A DNA stretch of 63,705 bases, the filler included, from Reticulomyxa filosa (lineage: Eukaryota; Protista; Foraminifera), in assembly GCA_000512085.1 (NCBI GenBank). It is 22 parts of 22 records of this genome, joined end to end, with 100 filler letters (N's around TTAATTAATTAA, not from the genome) between each part and the next. Parts side by side here need not be neighbours in the genome. Positions count along the whole stretch, not along the records: positions 36,418 to 41,810 come from ASPP01005492.1; positions 41,911 to 44,277 come from ASPP01041116.1; positions 44,378 to 46,030 come from ASPP01037313.1; positions 46,131 to 47,639 come from ASPP01027990.1; positions 47,740 to 49,876 come from ASPP01001088.1; positions 49,977 to 51,313 come from ASPP01018101.1; positions 51,414 to 54,204 come from ASPP01014010.1; 15 more parts are not named here. The stretch is one strand, 5' to 3'. Positions 39,401-51,559 of the stretch are shown piece by piece. The translations under genes were made by a program, and so were the position numbers. The notes below the pieces were generated by a model. That model saw only the letters and a list, made by a program, of their open reading frames with translations. It did not search any database and had not been told where the DNA came from. Positions within the stretch are counted from its first letter, which is position 1. Every line of letters starts with the position of its first letter.

Positions 39401-39563
39401 CGGAACATGCGAAAACCATTTGCTCGGTTCCAAATGACTGCTGTATGTTATCCCCTTTTTTTTTTTTTTTTTTATCATTCGTCCGTCATATACATATAAA
39501 CACATTTGTTCAAAATGAATAGTCATTTTTTAGATGGGCACAAGCGAAGTCCGATAATAAGTG
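36418..39563 (+). CDS. RGS-domain protein with very large internal insertion, multi-exon, 5' truncated
   Basis: DIIQDDIGFQIFMDHL | ECAAENLSFAME, then LYEQYI..APNMINIP (37420-37480). Closing RGS helices EALDGCLLSVLRNMRKPFARFQMT (39365-39440). Confidence 0.78.
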
Positions 39564-39998
39564 AGTCACAGATGACAGTGTATTTATTTCTTTGTTGTTG
39601 ACTGATGACCATAGAAATTTTTTTTTTCCCCTTATCTTTTTTTTCTGTTTCTTATTAGTAATACTGTGCAAGCCTTTCAAAGACACTTGTAAGAATACCA
39701 ATATCATTTTTCACTGTTCTTTCTTCTCTTTGCTGTTTGCTGGAAAGCTTTTCCTAGCTGGAAATAATAAAAGTTTTTTAAAATAAAAATTACACTTTTT
39801 TAATGAGTTCGCAAAATAATGAAAGATATTGTCCAGTATTTAATTCAATTTTCTATGTCGCCTTGTCTTTTCCTGCAAAATATCTTTGAAAAAATTATAT
39901 ATTCGAATTGTTTGCAAAAGAGAAAATACTTCCGACAAGAAAACAAAATTTTTTTTTGGATATCCCTTAAAATCAAAAAACACAGTGATTGTCGCGAA

Positions 39999-40670
39999 AT
40001 GACTAGTGAACAACCGCTCAAGTTTAAACCAAGAGTGTCTTTTGGAGAAGAAACCACCTTTGCCAAGGTGTCCCTTGTTCCCAATGTTTCTAACGACGGG
40101 AGAGGAATTTTGTACAATCTTGGTTTTCTTAAAGTATGTAAAAAAATATGTACAATTATATTTGCAAAGTGTTGCTCAACGCAATAAATAATGCATTTTA
40201 TGGATAACTTTTCGGTTGCAAATTGGAATTGCTTATTTAAAAATTTGGGGAAAAAGGAAGGGTGTGTGTACGAAGTGCGCTTGTCAGTTCCGCACAATTA
40301 TCGACCACGAGAAGAGAAAGCAAATATAAATGAAACTGAGAACACGTTTGAAGAGATGAAAGTCAATTTCATACACACTGGTAATTTATCCGTTATGCAA
40401 TGTGAATATGTACCAGGAAGGGGCCATGCCTTGGTGCTCCAAGTTCATCCAACAAAACCATTGAAATTAACTGATAATTTAAGACTTGAGTTGAAATTGT
40501 CCACAAAAGATGAAAACGGAAGCAATCGCGTGATTGTTTTTCAGCTCAAGATTGAGGCTAAAGTCTTAAGAAAAGAGCAAGGAACGCCAATGCTCAAACA
40601 AGGTATTACATGTATTCAAAATAAAAACATGTGTGAAACTGAAACCGAAACGGAAAATGAGACGGAGTGA
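39999..40670 (+). CDS. C20orf27/ADISSP (UPF0687, DUF4517) homolog, two exons
   Basis: RVSF motif, YNLGFLK | EGCVYEV, IEAKVLRKEQGTPMLKQGITCI, compared with human HVHF, VKVGFLK..YEI, VQARVMDRHHGTPMLLDGVKCV (recalled from memory). Intron 40134-40256 is in frame. Confidence 0.8.
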
Positions 40671-41910
40671 TTACCATAAACAACATTTTAACAGCTAACA
40701 AAATGTGCAAAAGAGATTTGTGCTTCTTTTTTTTCAATAATTACTAATATCAAATCGCCTCAACAAATACAATATGGTTCATTTTCTTCAACTACATAAA
40801 ATATTCCAAAGTTCTAAAATTAAAATGTCTCAGCATGAAGGGTACATAACAATAACTTGAAATTTGGATGCATGATAAAGGTTTATTACGGTGTCCTTCT
40901 TGCAATATTTATTCATTTTACTTTACTGTTTCTTTTTCAATAAATAAATGTAAGGAATATCTGAAGATATCAATTTTAAAACTCATAAAAATTATAATAA
41001 ATAAACACAGAATTGGTGCGTTGTTGACAAAAGGCGTACATTTGTACAATATAAAGATCGCACATTTTTGAAGTAATAACATTGTGAAAACTGTTAGTTA
41101 GGAGAAACTAGTGGGAAGGTGTAAAGTATTTAATTTTTGATTTTATTTCACAATGCTTTTTTTTTTTGGAAACGAACATGTTTCTTTACAAGCTTTCTTA
41201 CTACTTGGTATTAAATCGGATAAAATGGATATCCCTAACAGCTTCTTTAAAAGACTTTTGTTCAAGCTTTGCCAGCCGTTTTGTCTTTCGTCCGCAAGCC
41301 ATAAAATACTTTTCATAGTCTCTCAAATTTTTGTTTGTAGTTGGAAGCTTCGCAATGGTCGGTGCTGCTTTACAGATAGCGATTCCTACGGCTGCATTAC
41401 TGCATAAAATAATCAATTACTCCAACACCAGTTCATTTTTGGACTGGTTAATGCTATCCAGTAAACTATAGTCTGCCACTTCGGAGTCATAATGTGCTAT
41501 TTTATTATTTAATTAAATGTAAATTACAAGTGACATAGTTACCGCTGCTACTTCGTTCAGTTTATTTGTAATTCTTTATGTCAAATTTCAATATTGTGTA
41601 CATTCGCAATATAAACTTGTTGGACTTTGTAATTACTAAATAACATACTGCAATAAATTTTCATACAGTATGTTGCAAAGAAAACTGAACGCCTAAAACG
41701 ATATCTTATGATGATAATTGATTTTCTCAATGAAAAATCAACATTTAGACCTAATTTTTTTAAAAAAATTATCTACGCGACTTGGAGATTTCTAAAATGT
41801 AAACAAAAAANNNNNNNNNNNNNNNNNNNNNNNNNNNNNNNNNNNNNNNNNNNNTTAATTAATTAANNNNNNNNNNNNNNNNNNNNNNNNNNNNNNNNNN
41901 NNNNNNNNNN

Positions 41911-43703
41911 AGTCTACTTTAATCAAATCATAGTCGATGCGACGGGTTTGTAGACCTCATTCATACAACACAACATGCGCCACTGGATAACCAAATTACT
42001 GCATTTGGCACGACCAAAGGACATAGCATTGCGAATGATCATTCTGGCTATTGCATCGGCGAGTGTAGCTAACGGCATATATATTGTTGGAAGTTTGCAA
42101 ATAGTCATTTACATCAATTCATCTATAAACATTGAATTTAACAAATGACTTTTTTAATCCCATATTTTCAACATTGGGCTTTCTCACTGTTGCGACTAGC
42201 ACTTCGTTGACGATGAGTTATTCCACTTTTTTTTCTTTCGCACATTCACCGAAAATTTTAACGTCAACCGCCTTTCCTTTGGTCGGATCAACGTATACCA
42301 ACACAAGCATGAAATGGACACCACACTATTCAATCGATTCCCTTACCGCTTGTGAAGCATCGTGATCCTCTTTTTCCATTATTCGGTCGCTTCGATTGAA
42401 GACAATCATGGAACCAACAGCGCAAACGCTTGTACAATTTCACAGCCAATCGGTCCGGATCCGGTCAATGCCATTTTGACCAGCAACCCCATCAAATTCC
42501 ATAACTAATGATTGGTCAAGTATTCTATGTTGTTCACTCCTGTTGTTGGTGGAACCGACTATGTCACTATGTCGCAATCAATGCACGTGCAAACTCCAAT
42601 ACATTATCGCCAACCTTTATCTTATTTTTCGATATGAATTTTCCACGCCCCAAAAACACATCCATCACATACACTTTCGTGAATTGTTCACAAGCATCTT
42701 GATGAAAGATCTCTGTTCTATTCACATTGCATTCCAACACATGTTCTTTTCATTCAACAGTGTTCACTTCTTGTATGTATACAATATATACATATTTGTA
42801 AAATACTTATAGAAGTATAAATTATTATTAATTATTATTTATAGTTTTTCTTTTTTTTTATTTAAAAAAAAATGAACATTATTTTTCACATTTTTTCAAT
42901 CACCTTCTGAAAGTCGACATTAACTTTTCCTTTGATTTTTAATCTAAATTCTTCCGCACGCTTAATGCCGTACATAGCGACCTTGCAGCTTTCAACAATG
43001 CCTTGCTGGGTATAGTCACTGTTTAGGAAATCCCATCGAACAGATATATTCGATGATCGCCTCTTTGGCTTTTAAACCTGCTGCACCAGCTGCATTCAAT
43101 AAGCAACACGCACTTAATCAATTTTTTTTTTTAATACGTATACAAAAAATGTTTTTCCAATTAAAAAAAAATATTAAAATATCAATGACGACAATGTCGC
43201 ATTTGCCCTTTGACTTAAGGGAAATCCACTTGACTGATGGACATTATCTAACAGCTCGGTAAGTTTGGCATTTCCAACAACAGTTCTTTGACTTTGGCTT
43301 GCAAATTGATTCGTTTCTCGGTTTGAAACAGCACGGGAACCAATCTCTCCAGCTCCAGTCTTGCGAGGTCTCATCCTTTTCTCTTTTTCGCCGTGGCTGA
43401 TTTCATCCATTACAAAACGATAATGCAAGTTGTCATCTTTGAAGCTTTGATCTTTTATCACGTGGTAAAAGACGTTCACTGCAAGTATCAAATTCTCAAG
43501 TTCCACTGCTTGCTCGCGTGTCCTTGCTACACCTGAGCTCACAGGCAGTGACACTGCATCACTCTCCACAAAACAGATTTTGTATGCTGTTAGATACCAT
43601 TTACAATCTTTTATTTCCAGCTGTTCGCGAAGTAGTTTTGTCACTGCTTCCAATTGATTTCCTTCTTCCACACTATTTTGCGCCTTTAATTCCTCTTTGG
43701 ACA
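41911..43703 (-). pseudogene. DEP domain + mercuric-reductase/lipoamide-dehydrogenase-like flavoprotein disulfide reductase, disrupted
   Basis: DEP: LEIKDCKWYLTAYKICFVESDAV...TREQAVEL..HVIKDQSFKDDNLHYRF. Reductase pieces: LLDNVH, KGKCDIVVI, AAGAAGLKAK, PSKALLKAA, DVFLGRGKF, FARALIAT, YLTN, GSGPIGCEIVQAFA, ADAIARMIIRNA. Many stops and frameshifts. Confidence 0.85.
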
Positions 43704-44402
43704 TTTTTTTTTTTATTGAATGATTATGTGCGGGCAAGGGAGATATAAGTTGAAGTTGTTTAAAAAAAAAAAAATAGAAAAAAAGAATAGCTTGAGAATA
43801 TGTGCTTAACAAAAAAAAAAAAAGTGACAAATTATAAAAATGTTTTAATTTTGTTTGAAATTTGATACGTTGAGTTTTTTGCTTGGTTCAAAAAACCTTT
43901 GATACTTACCCTTTTAAAGTTGAAGATAATGACTAAGAAGCAATCTTCCCGGCCGAAAACTCCACATGATAGTGGCAGATCAACATCTTCTAACCATCAT
44001 AAGTCTCATAGAAGCTGCAAAAGCTCAAAGCTGAAGTGTATAGAAGAGAACGTCGATGTGAAGACACAGCATGGCGAAAGCGGAAGCCTTGAGAAAAAAA
44101 GCCAAAGCCAGCACATGAAGTTGCAGTTGTTTATCTGTTGTCGATCGAATATAAGATGATGTTAGGAGAGGACCCCACAAAGGACATAGCTCTAACGGAT
44201 TTTATCTATGATGACATATTGGCCGCCAAGTTGGTGACTAAATCTGACTATCAATACCTAAGAGTTGATACGCATATNNNNNNNNNNNNNNNNNNNNNNN
44301 NNNNNNNNNNNNNNNNNNNNNTTAATTAATTAANNNNNNNNNNNNNNNNNNNNNNNNNNNNNNNNNNNNNNNNNNNNTTTTTATTTTGCATATTCCACTT
44401 AG

Positions 44403-46030
44403 TAAAGATGGTTGAACGACCCCAGCATAACCGATTTTGACATTCGCTCGATATTGGATTGGGCCTATTATAAGAAAAGGATGGGGCAAAATCTTCAGAA
44501 AATTATTACCATACCTGTTGTGATGCAAGATGTTTCGTCTCTTTTTTACACACACACATATATACGTACATACATACATACGTTCATACAAAAAAGAAAG
44601 AATGAGGCCAATTAACCCATCTATTGTTTGTTTTCATACCAAAGATTCCAAACCCTTTGCCTCAATTGGGACATCCCCAGTGGCTGGACAAGAAGTTGCG
44701 ATCAAGACATGATCCTTTCCAGCAACAAACCATTACCAACTTTTTCTTCAAGGCCAAGACGAATTCGAAACCCTCTTTTGTCAAAGCCTCCAACAATAAC
44801 AAAAAGCATTTGGGAGAGGCTTTTCGGAATGAACCGGATATTGAAGGTACGTATAAAAAAAATAATAAATTATTTTTTATTTATTTAATAATTACAAATG
44901 CTTGAACATTGAATGATATCCACAAAATAAATAAAAAGACTTTGCCCAACCGTTATCGTTGTCGTCTCAAGAATAGGCAATGAAGAAGAAGAAGAAGAAG
45001 AAGAAAAAGGAAAAACAGTAGACGTGGAGAAGCAAAGACCATTGGAGAGCAACGACAGTCTATTGCAAGATTCGCTGTTGCCAGATTCATTGCTGCAAGA
45101 CTCGGAACCACAAGACAATGCCGCAGTGCAAGTGGACACAGACAAAACAAAGATCAACAGCAAAAGGCTCCCCGTCAAAGAAATACCAGACATTTCCGAA
45201 AACTTTGACAAATGGTAAGACTTATCCTGACATCATATATTACCTTATGACATTTCGTTTGATTGACTTACTGTCGACAATCCCATACAAACATTGAATA
45301 GGTTGGAAGAGACGAAAAAGATATGGCACGAGCAAAGAGAGGCTCGCAAGCGCCGAGGTCGAAAACGACGACTCGACAATGGCAATCACGAACTCGCAAA
45401 AATTAAAAAAAAAAAAAGGATCAGCAGTGGTGGGTCTTTACTTCGTGCGGACGTATCGGATAATGACAACGATGATGACGACGACGGCGGCGATGAGACA
45501 ATGGACGATGAGGATGGACCCAACACCAATGACATGTCCAGATATTTTCAACGACGTTTGGATGAATTGTATCAAGGCATATGGCAAATTGTGCAAGTTG
45601 TCGAACTCTCACCAGGCAAGTTTGCATTATGGGCATTTACTGCTGATGGACAATTACGACAAATACAGTTGCAGATCAAGAGAAATTTTTGCATCAATTT
45701 CATTCGGAAAAAAAGAATTCCCAAATTTAATGACAATGTATTCATTTATCAAACAAATAATACATATATAAATATATATTTATATATATTCCAGTTTGCC
45801 TGTGATGATATATATATACATATATATATTTGAAATGAATAGGGGAAAAGAAACAGTCAAAGTACTGCCACGAACACAGGAGACGATTCAAACTTGGGAA
45901 TTCATTAGACAGTCGAAGCAAATTGGGTAAATCTTTTTTTTTAAAAAAAATAAAAATAAGTGTGTAACTAACTCCTCCCTCCATTTTTTTTTCAATAGAC
46001 TATTTCATACCAGCCCTGATGTGGAAGGTG
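44403..46030 (+). CDS. POLE: DNA polymerase epsilon catalytic subunit, internal exons
   Basis: [74 protein letters not shown]: the junction between the catalytic and C-terminal halves of Pol2. Confidence 0.93.
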
Positions 46031-46199
46031 NNNNNNNNNNNNNNNNNNNNNNNNNNNNNNNNNNNNNNNNNNNNTTAATTAATTAANNNNNNNNNNNNNN
46101 NNNNNNNNNNNNNNNNNNNNNNNNNNNNNNTACAAGCGTGAGTATAGTGCAGATTCTAATACAAAAAAAAAAAACAAAAATCAATTGATATAGTTTCTA

Positions 46200-46575
46200 T
46201 TATTCCCACAAACGGATTGTGCGATCAGCAGAACATGATAAAATTTGATTGCTATCAGATGAAAAATCTACAGAATATACACAATCAGAATGGCCCTCCA
46301 ATTTTTCTAATTCACGTCCTGAATATGCATCCCATAAGCGAATTGTTTTATCTTTTGAGCATGACAATAGTCTGAGAATCTTTTGAATATTTTACATCAG
46401 TTACCAAATCAGAAGGTCCTTCTAATGTTCTTAGCTCCTTTCCTGATCTTACGTCCCATATTCGAAGAGTATTATCAATACCAGCAAAAGCAATAGATCA
46501 ACCATCTGGAGAAAATGTTGCTTTCATTACAAAGCTCAAATGGCCATGCATGATACGCACCATTTCACCTAATTT
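46200..46575 (-). pseudogene. WD40-repeat remnant
   Basis: GHLSFVMKATFSPDG*SIAFAGIDNTLRIWD...SCSKDKTIRLWD..LEGHSDCVYSVDFSSD..SCSADRTIRLWE*. One internal stop and one frameshift. Confidence 0.85.
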
Positions 46576-46790
46576 TAAAACTTCATTGTATGAAAAATCA
46601 GCTGACCTTGCAATAATGTTTTTCACTACAAATAAAATTGGACAGAAAAATGTACTGCTGAGGCAAAACAAAAGGTTTTTAGATTAAAAAAAAACTAACT
46701 CATTGTTGGACATTAGGAGCGGAAAAAAGTAGTGAACGTTCAAGAGGATAAATAGAATTGTGAAACTTGAGCCTTGAGTATAGTTTGGTG

Positions 46791-47639
46791 ATGACCTCAA
46801 CAAAAGAGACAGCAGCAACGGGGGCCCCTCAAACAGAGATGCGGCGTTGGGTGGAAGTACTCGAGTATCAACGCAAGTCAGCAGTTGTATGGAGACCACC
46901 ATTTTTAGCGAACGACCCACCACCTTTTGAGATTATCAAAGGGCATTCAACAAGCAAATTTACAGCATCTTATTCATTACAGTTACATAGAAGCTTTTGT
47001 GGCCAGGGAGGGAAAAAATTTATGTACAAGTATAAGTTTACCAAATCAAAAAAAACAAAAACAAATCGGACATTGAAATATCCTCAGGAGTTTACAGGAA
47101 TACCAGTTGCCAGTCAATTTAATATGGGATAGCGAATGGAGCATTTTCATTGAACCAGGCAAAACAGACGCCCAAGGTTGGTCCTACGCAGTCAAATTCG
47201 ATTCTGAACATTTCACTGTGGATCTAAAGCATTGTTACTTTGTGAGGTGCGTTTTTTGTTTGTTTTTTTTTTTGGAAAGGGAAAAGGGGAGGACAAAAAA
47301 AAAAAAATAAATGAATGAATAAAAAAAAAAATAATAAAAATAGAAAACGCAAGTACGTAAGAGAATACAAAAAAGGCACGACAGGGAATAATCCTCCCAA
47401 TCAATCTCTACTCAACAATACGTCGATCAATTCCAACACCCCTCAGGTATGGTTTTCAGTGACGGAGCAGCCGTTGCAACACAACATACCTACGCTGACC
47501 GAACACATTGTGTTTGAAGTCGAGTCGCGCGACTTGATGTCCAGGAGTTGGAAGCCACACAACGCCCTGTGGTTCACTACCGACATGAAGCCTTTGTTAC
47601 GTTTGCATGTTGCATATGCAGTATAGGGGTATCCACAAA
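46791..47639 (+). CDS. DysF (ferlin/peroxin) domain protein, 5' exons
   Basis: VEVLEYQR....W.PPFL.NDPP and WDSEWSI....TDAQGWSYA..F......YFVR. Confidence 0.7.
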
Positions 47640-47739
47640 NNNNNNNNNNNNNNNNNNNNNNNNNNNNNNNNNNNNNNNNNNNNTTAATTAATTAANNNNN
47701 NNNNNNNNNNNNNNNNNNNNNNNNNNNNNNNNNNNNNNN

Positions 47740-49876
47740 TTTTTTCTTTTTTTTTTCTTTTTTTTTTTCTTTTTTTTTTTACATGCCACGTAATATGTGG
47801 CGAATGTACGGGCCAATCGCCCAAACCAATAGCGGTATCCCCCGTTGGAGAACCTGCCACCAGTCCACATCCACCATATCCATCAACTCCATCACCTTCC
47901 AAAATTGCCACTTCTTAAAGAGGTGTGGAGGATGGCATTCGTCGCCATTTGGGCCATATATGCGCCCACAACGACGCCAATTGCCATTTGGCATTGATGG
48001 CCACCAATTCCAATCATTTATGTTGGTTATGGCCATATAACCAACATAAATGGATGCTGATGCCAGCATCAGGCAAAAAATGGCTGCAAATATAATTTGC
48101 AATTTTGCCATCCATCCCCATGGCGCCATTTCTTATAAAAAAAAACATAAACATACACACACACATACACACACACAAAATTCAATTCATATCAAAAAAA
48201 AAAAATAGATATATATATACAATTCAAAAAAAATAATGTTATATTCATGTACATTAAAAAAAAAAATAATGATCATTTATGTACATAAAAAAATATGTAT
48301 ATGTACGTATACGTACATGATATTATGACACATAAGTGTCATAATCATATATTTATAGTACACATGGTACTATCTCCACATTCTTTTTTTTTTTTTTTTA
48401 CATACTTTGCTGGTGCTGCTGATGCTGCTGGTGTTGTTGTTGGAGTTGTTGGAGTTGTTGTTGTTGTTGTAGTCGTTGTGGCCGTCGTAGTAATTGCTGT
48501 TGTTGTTGTTGTAGCCATGGCCTTGTCAATGGCTCTCGCCTCAGTCGAGGGGGCGGGGACGGCGATTGCGATTGTCGCGACTGCTGCGACTCCGTCTCTG
48601 ATAGATTGGACGGACACGTCCAATTATCCCATTTTTCCATTTTCTTTATCTCCATTCTTAATCGCAGCATCTCCACTCCCATTTTCATTTTTCTTTCATG
48701 GTCGTCGCTGTCGCTGTCGCTATCGCTGCATAGCTCCTTATAATTGTCATTGCCATCGTCGCCACCATTGAAAAAATCTATAATTATTATGTTTATACAT
48801 GTACACACAAAAAAAAAGGTCAATTCATGTATAAAAAAAATAATGAGCATTCATGTACATACACACAAAAAAAATAAATAAAAAAATATGCATATTACGT
48901 ATACATACATGCGATCATGACATAGGAATGTCATACGCACATATGTATAGTTAATATACATATAAATCTAATGTTAACTCCCATCCCTCCCTTTTTTTTT
49001 TTTTTTTTCATTATACTTTGCTGCTGGGGCGGCTGTGACTGTGGTGGTGGGGGTTGTAGCCGTTGTTGTTGTTGTTGGAGTTGTTGCTGTTGTGATGGTG
49101 GTCGTGGTTGTTGTAGTTGTGACAGTGGCTGTGGTGGCCGTTGTTGTTGTGGCCTTGGTCGTTGTGGTGGCAATTTTTGCTGTTGCTGCCACTGTGGCTG
49201 TTGTAGGTTTTGTGTTGGAGGCTGTGGCGACAGTTGTTGTGGCCTTGGTCGTGGTGGTAATTGCTGCTGTTGTTGCTGTGGTGGCAATTGTTGTTGTTGT
49301 GGCCACTGTACTTGTTGTGTGGATTGTGGTGGACGTTGTTGTTGTTGTGGCTGTGATTGCCAGTGTTGCAGCCACGATGGTAGTTGCTGTTGCTGTTGTT
49401 GTGACTGTGGCTGTGGTCTTGACTGTGGTCTTGACTGTGGTCTTGACTGTGGTCTTGACTGTGGTCTTGGCTGTGGTTGTGCCTGTGGATGAGGCTGTGG
49501 CTGCTGCTGCTGTTGTTGCCATCTTATTTGTGATGGAGGGGATGGCGATTGTTGTTGTTGTCGTGGTGGTAATTGTGGTGGTGCTTGTTGTGATAGTGGT
49601 AGTGGTAGTAATGGTGGTAGTGATGGTGGTAGTGATGGTAATAGTGTTGGTGATGGTGGGAGGGATTGTCGTTGTTGTGGTGATTGTGATTGTGGCTGTG
49701 ACTGTGATTGTGGCTGCGATTGTTGTGGTTGTGGTTGCTGTTGCGGCTGCAGCTGTGGAAAAATTGGAGATGGAGATGGAGATGGTGATTCTTGTGGTGG
49801 TGGTTGTTGTTGTTCTTGTTGTTGTTGTTGTTGTGGTGGTGGGGATTCTTGTTGTGGCTGTGGTTGTGCGGATTGT
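47740..49876 (-). CDS. Gln/Pro-rich protein with downstream transmembrane segment, internal exons
   Basis: Phase-1 splices (CAGCAAA|GTAT at about 49016 and 48405) join the poly-Q/P exons in frame to MAPWGWMAKLQIIFAAIFCLMLASASIYVG. Confidence 0.55.
49401..49470. repeat. 12-bp coding minisatellite
   Basis: About 5 copies of GACTGTGGTCTT (SRPQ repeats on the minus strand). Confidence 0.85.
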
Positions 49877-49976
49877 NNNNNNNNNNNNNNNNNNNNNNNN
49901 NNNNNNNNNNNNNNNNNNNNTTAATTAATTAANNNNNNNNNNNNNNNNNNNNNNNNNNNNNNNNNNNNNNNNNNNN

Positions 49977-51000
49977 TTTTTACTGCGATTCCTTCATAAA
50001 ATACTCAACAATCTCTTCTTCAAACCAAATACAATCAGGAGAAACTCAGGTCTTTCTAGTTAAAATAGCCTCGTTCTAAGAAATAGAACACAAATGTCCA
50101 AAAATTACTTCCATATATCAATTTATTGTCACTGTCAATGAAATAATTCATCATTGGGGATCAAATGTCAGGATTAAAGTTGTGCAATCGATACCAAGAG
50201 AATGATTTGAACAATTGTCAAGTTCTTCAAGGAAATAATTTTATTGTCTTTCTTTTGATTATTTTTGCACGGACCTTTTGGTTGTTGTAAGATTTGGTGA
50301 GTATTTCTTTTGTTGTGTTTCTTTTGAGTACTGTATTCTATTCTTAGAACGATGTGCTCTTAATTAGAAAGACCTTAGTTTATGCAGGTAGAGATGGCAA
50401 AAATAATTGCGAGTTAAGGATGAATCGGTAGAGTAGTCCACACTTGACACCCCCCACTGCAACCCATCTAAAAAAAATCTAATATCATCTTTATAAACAT
50501 CTTTTAGAGGCCGAGGATGTTCTGCAAATGTCTTGATACCAATTGTCGCTTCTCCAGATTCAACAACACAGTTGGTCTAAGATTCAACTACTTTCAAAGG
50601 ATCTTGATCTCTCGATACAATTGGATCAATATTACTTTTCAATCTCAATATAAAATATTCCTATTTGTTACTTCTCAGATTGGTAGATGATCTGAGTGCA
50701 GTTCCATCATCTGTTCTCCAATTATTAATCTGATGAATATAATGTGATATCAATGCTTGATGTTGCATTGTCTTTCATGAACATGTTGATAATATAATCC
50801 ATTTGATAAAATGAAATCAAGAATACATTCACCCACATAGCAGATTGTAATTCTTGCTCAAATGCTTGAATATGTAATGTCTTAAACTGCAAATTTCGAT
50901 AGAAACTGCAGAATAATAACGGTTTCTTTTGATCAGGACATGAGATTTCCACCCAACTTCTCAATCGAATTAAAATGTATAAAATTCAACACTCTCCTTT
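49977..51000 (-). mobile_element. Degenerate non-LTR retrotransposon remnant (APE/EEP endonuclease)
   Basis: SWVEI...LLFCSFYR, SSIDITLYSS, NWRT, HSDHLPI (about 50683-50700) are APE endonuclease motifs. Many stops and deletions. Confidence 0.6.
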
Positions 51001-51479
51001 ATCACACTTACAAAATTAAATAATCTTAATGAGATGCCGGGTCACGATGAAGATATGTATTTTGGCATTCTTGCCAGTCCCTTTTGCTCGGTTGTTGGCC
51101 TTTAGCTAGGCAATGATGATGAAGTTATATTTTTTATTATTATTTCCACATGTTATTGAATGACCTTGATGAATGCAAATCTCTTCGACATACTTCATAT
51201 CTTCCTGTTTCACTGTAAATTATAATTGATTTAATCTGAATCCTTCTTACAATAAACAGATATGTGGCTGCTTCTGATCTAATGTTTGGGTTTTGGAATA
51301 AAATCCGTTAATANNNNNNNNNNNNNNNNNNNNNNNNNNNNNNNNNNNNNNNNNNNNTTAATTAATTAANNNNNNNNNNNNNNNNNNNNNNNNNNNNNNN
51401 NNNNNNNNNNNNNAAGGGGAGGGGAAGGTGAGGAAAAAAAAGAAAAGAAAAAAAAAAAAGGGGAAAGTTCAAAAATAGA

Positions 51480-51511
<32 letters not shown>

Positions 51512-51559
51512 AGACACTTTTGTCAATAAAAAACTTGTATACTAACCTTACAAAAAAAG

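Noticed and set aside
48971-49928. Cys-rich (metallothionein/keratin-like), Val-rich and Thr-rich ORFs
   Set aside because: Alternative-frame or antisense readings of CAA/CCA-rich poly-Q/P coding repeats. Splice phases support the Gln/Pro frame.
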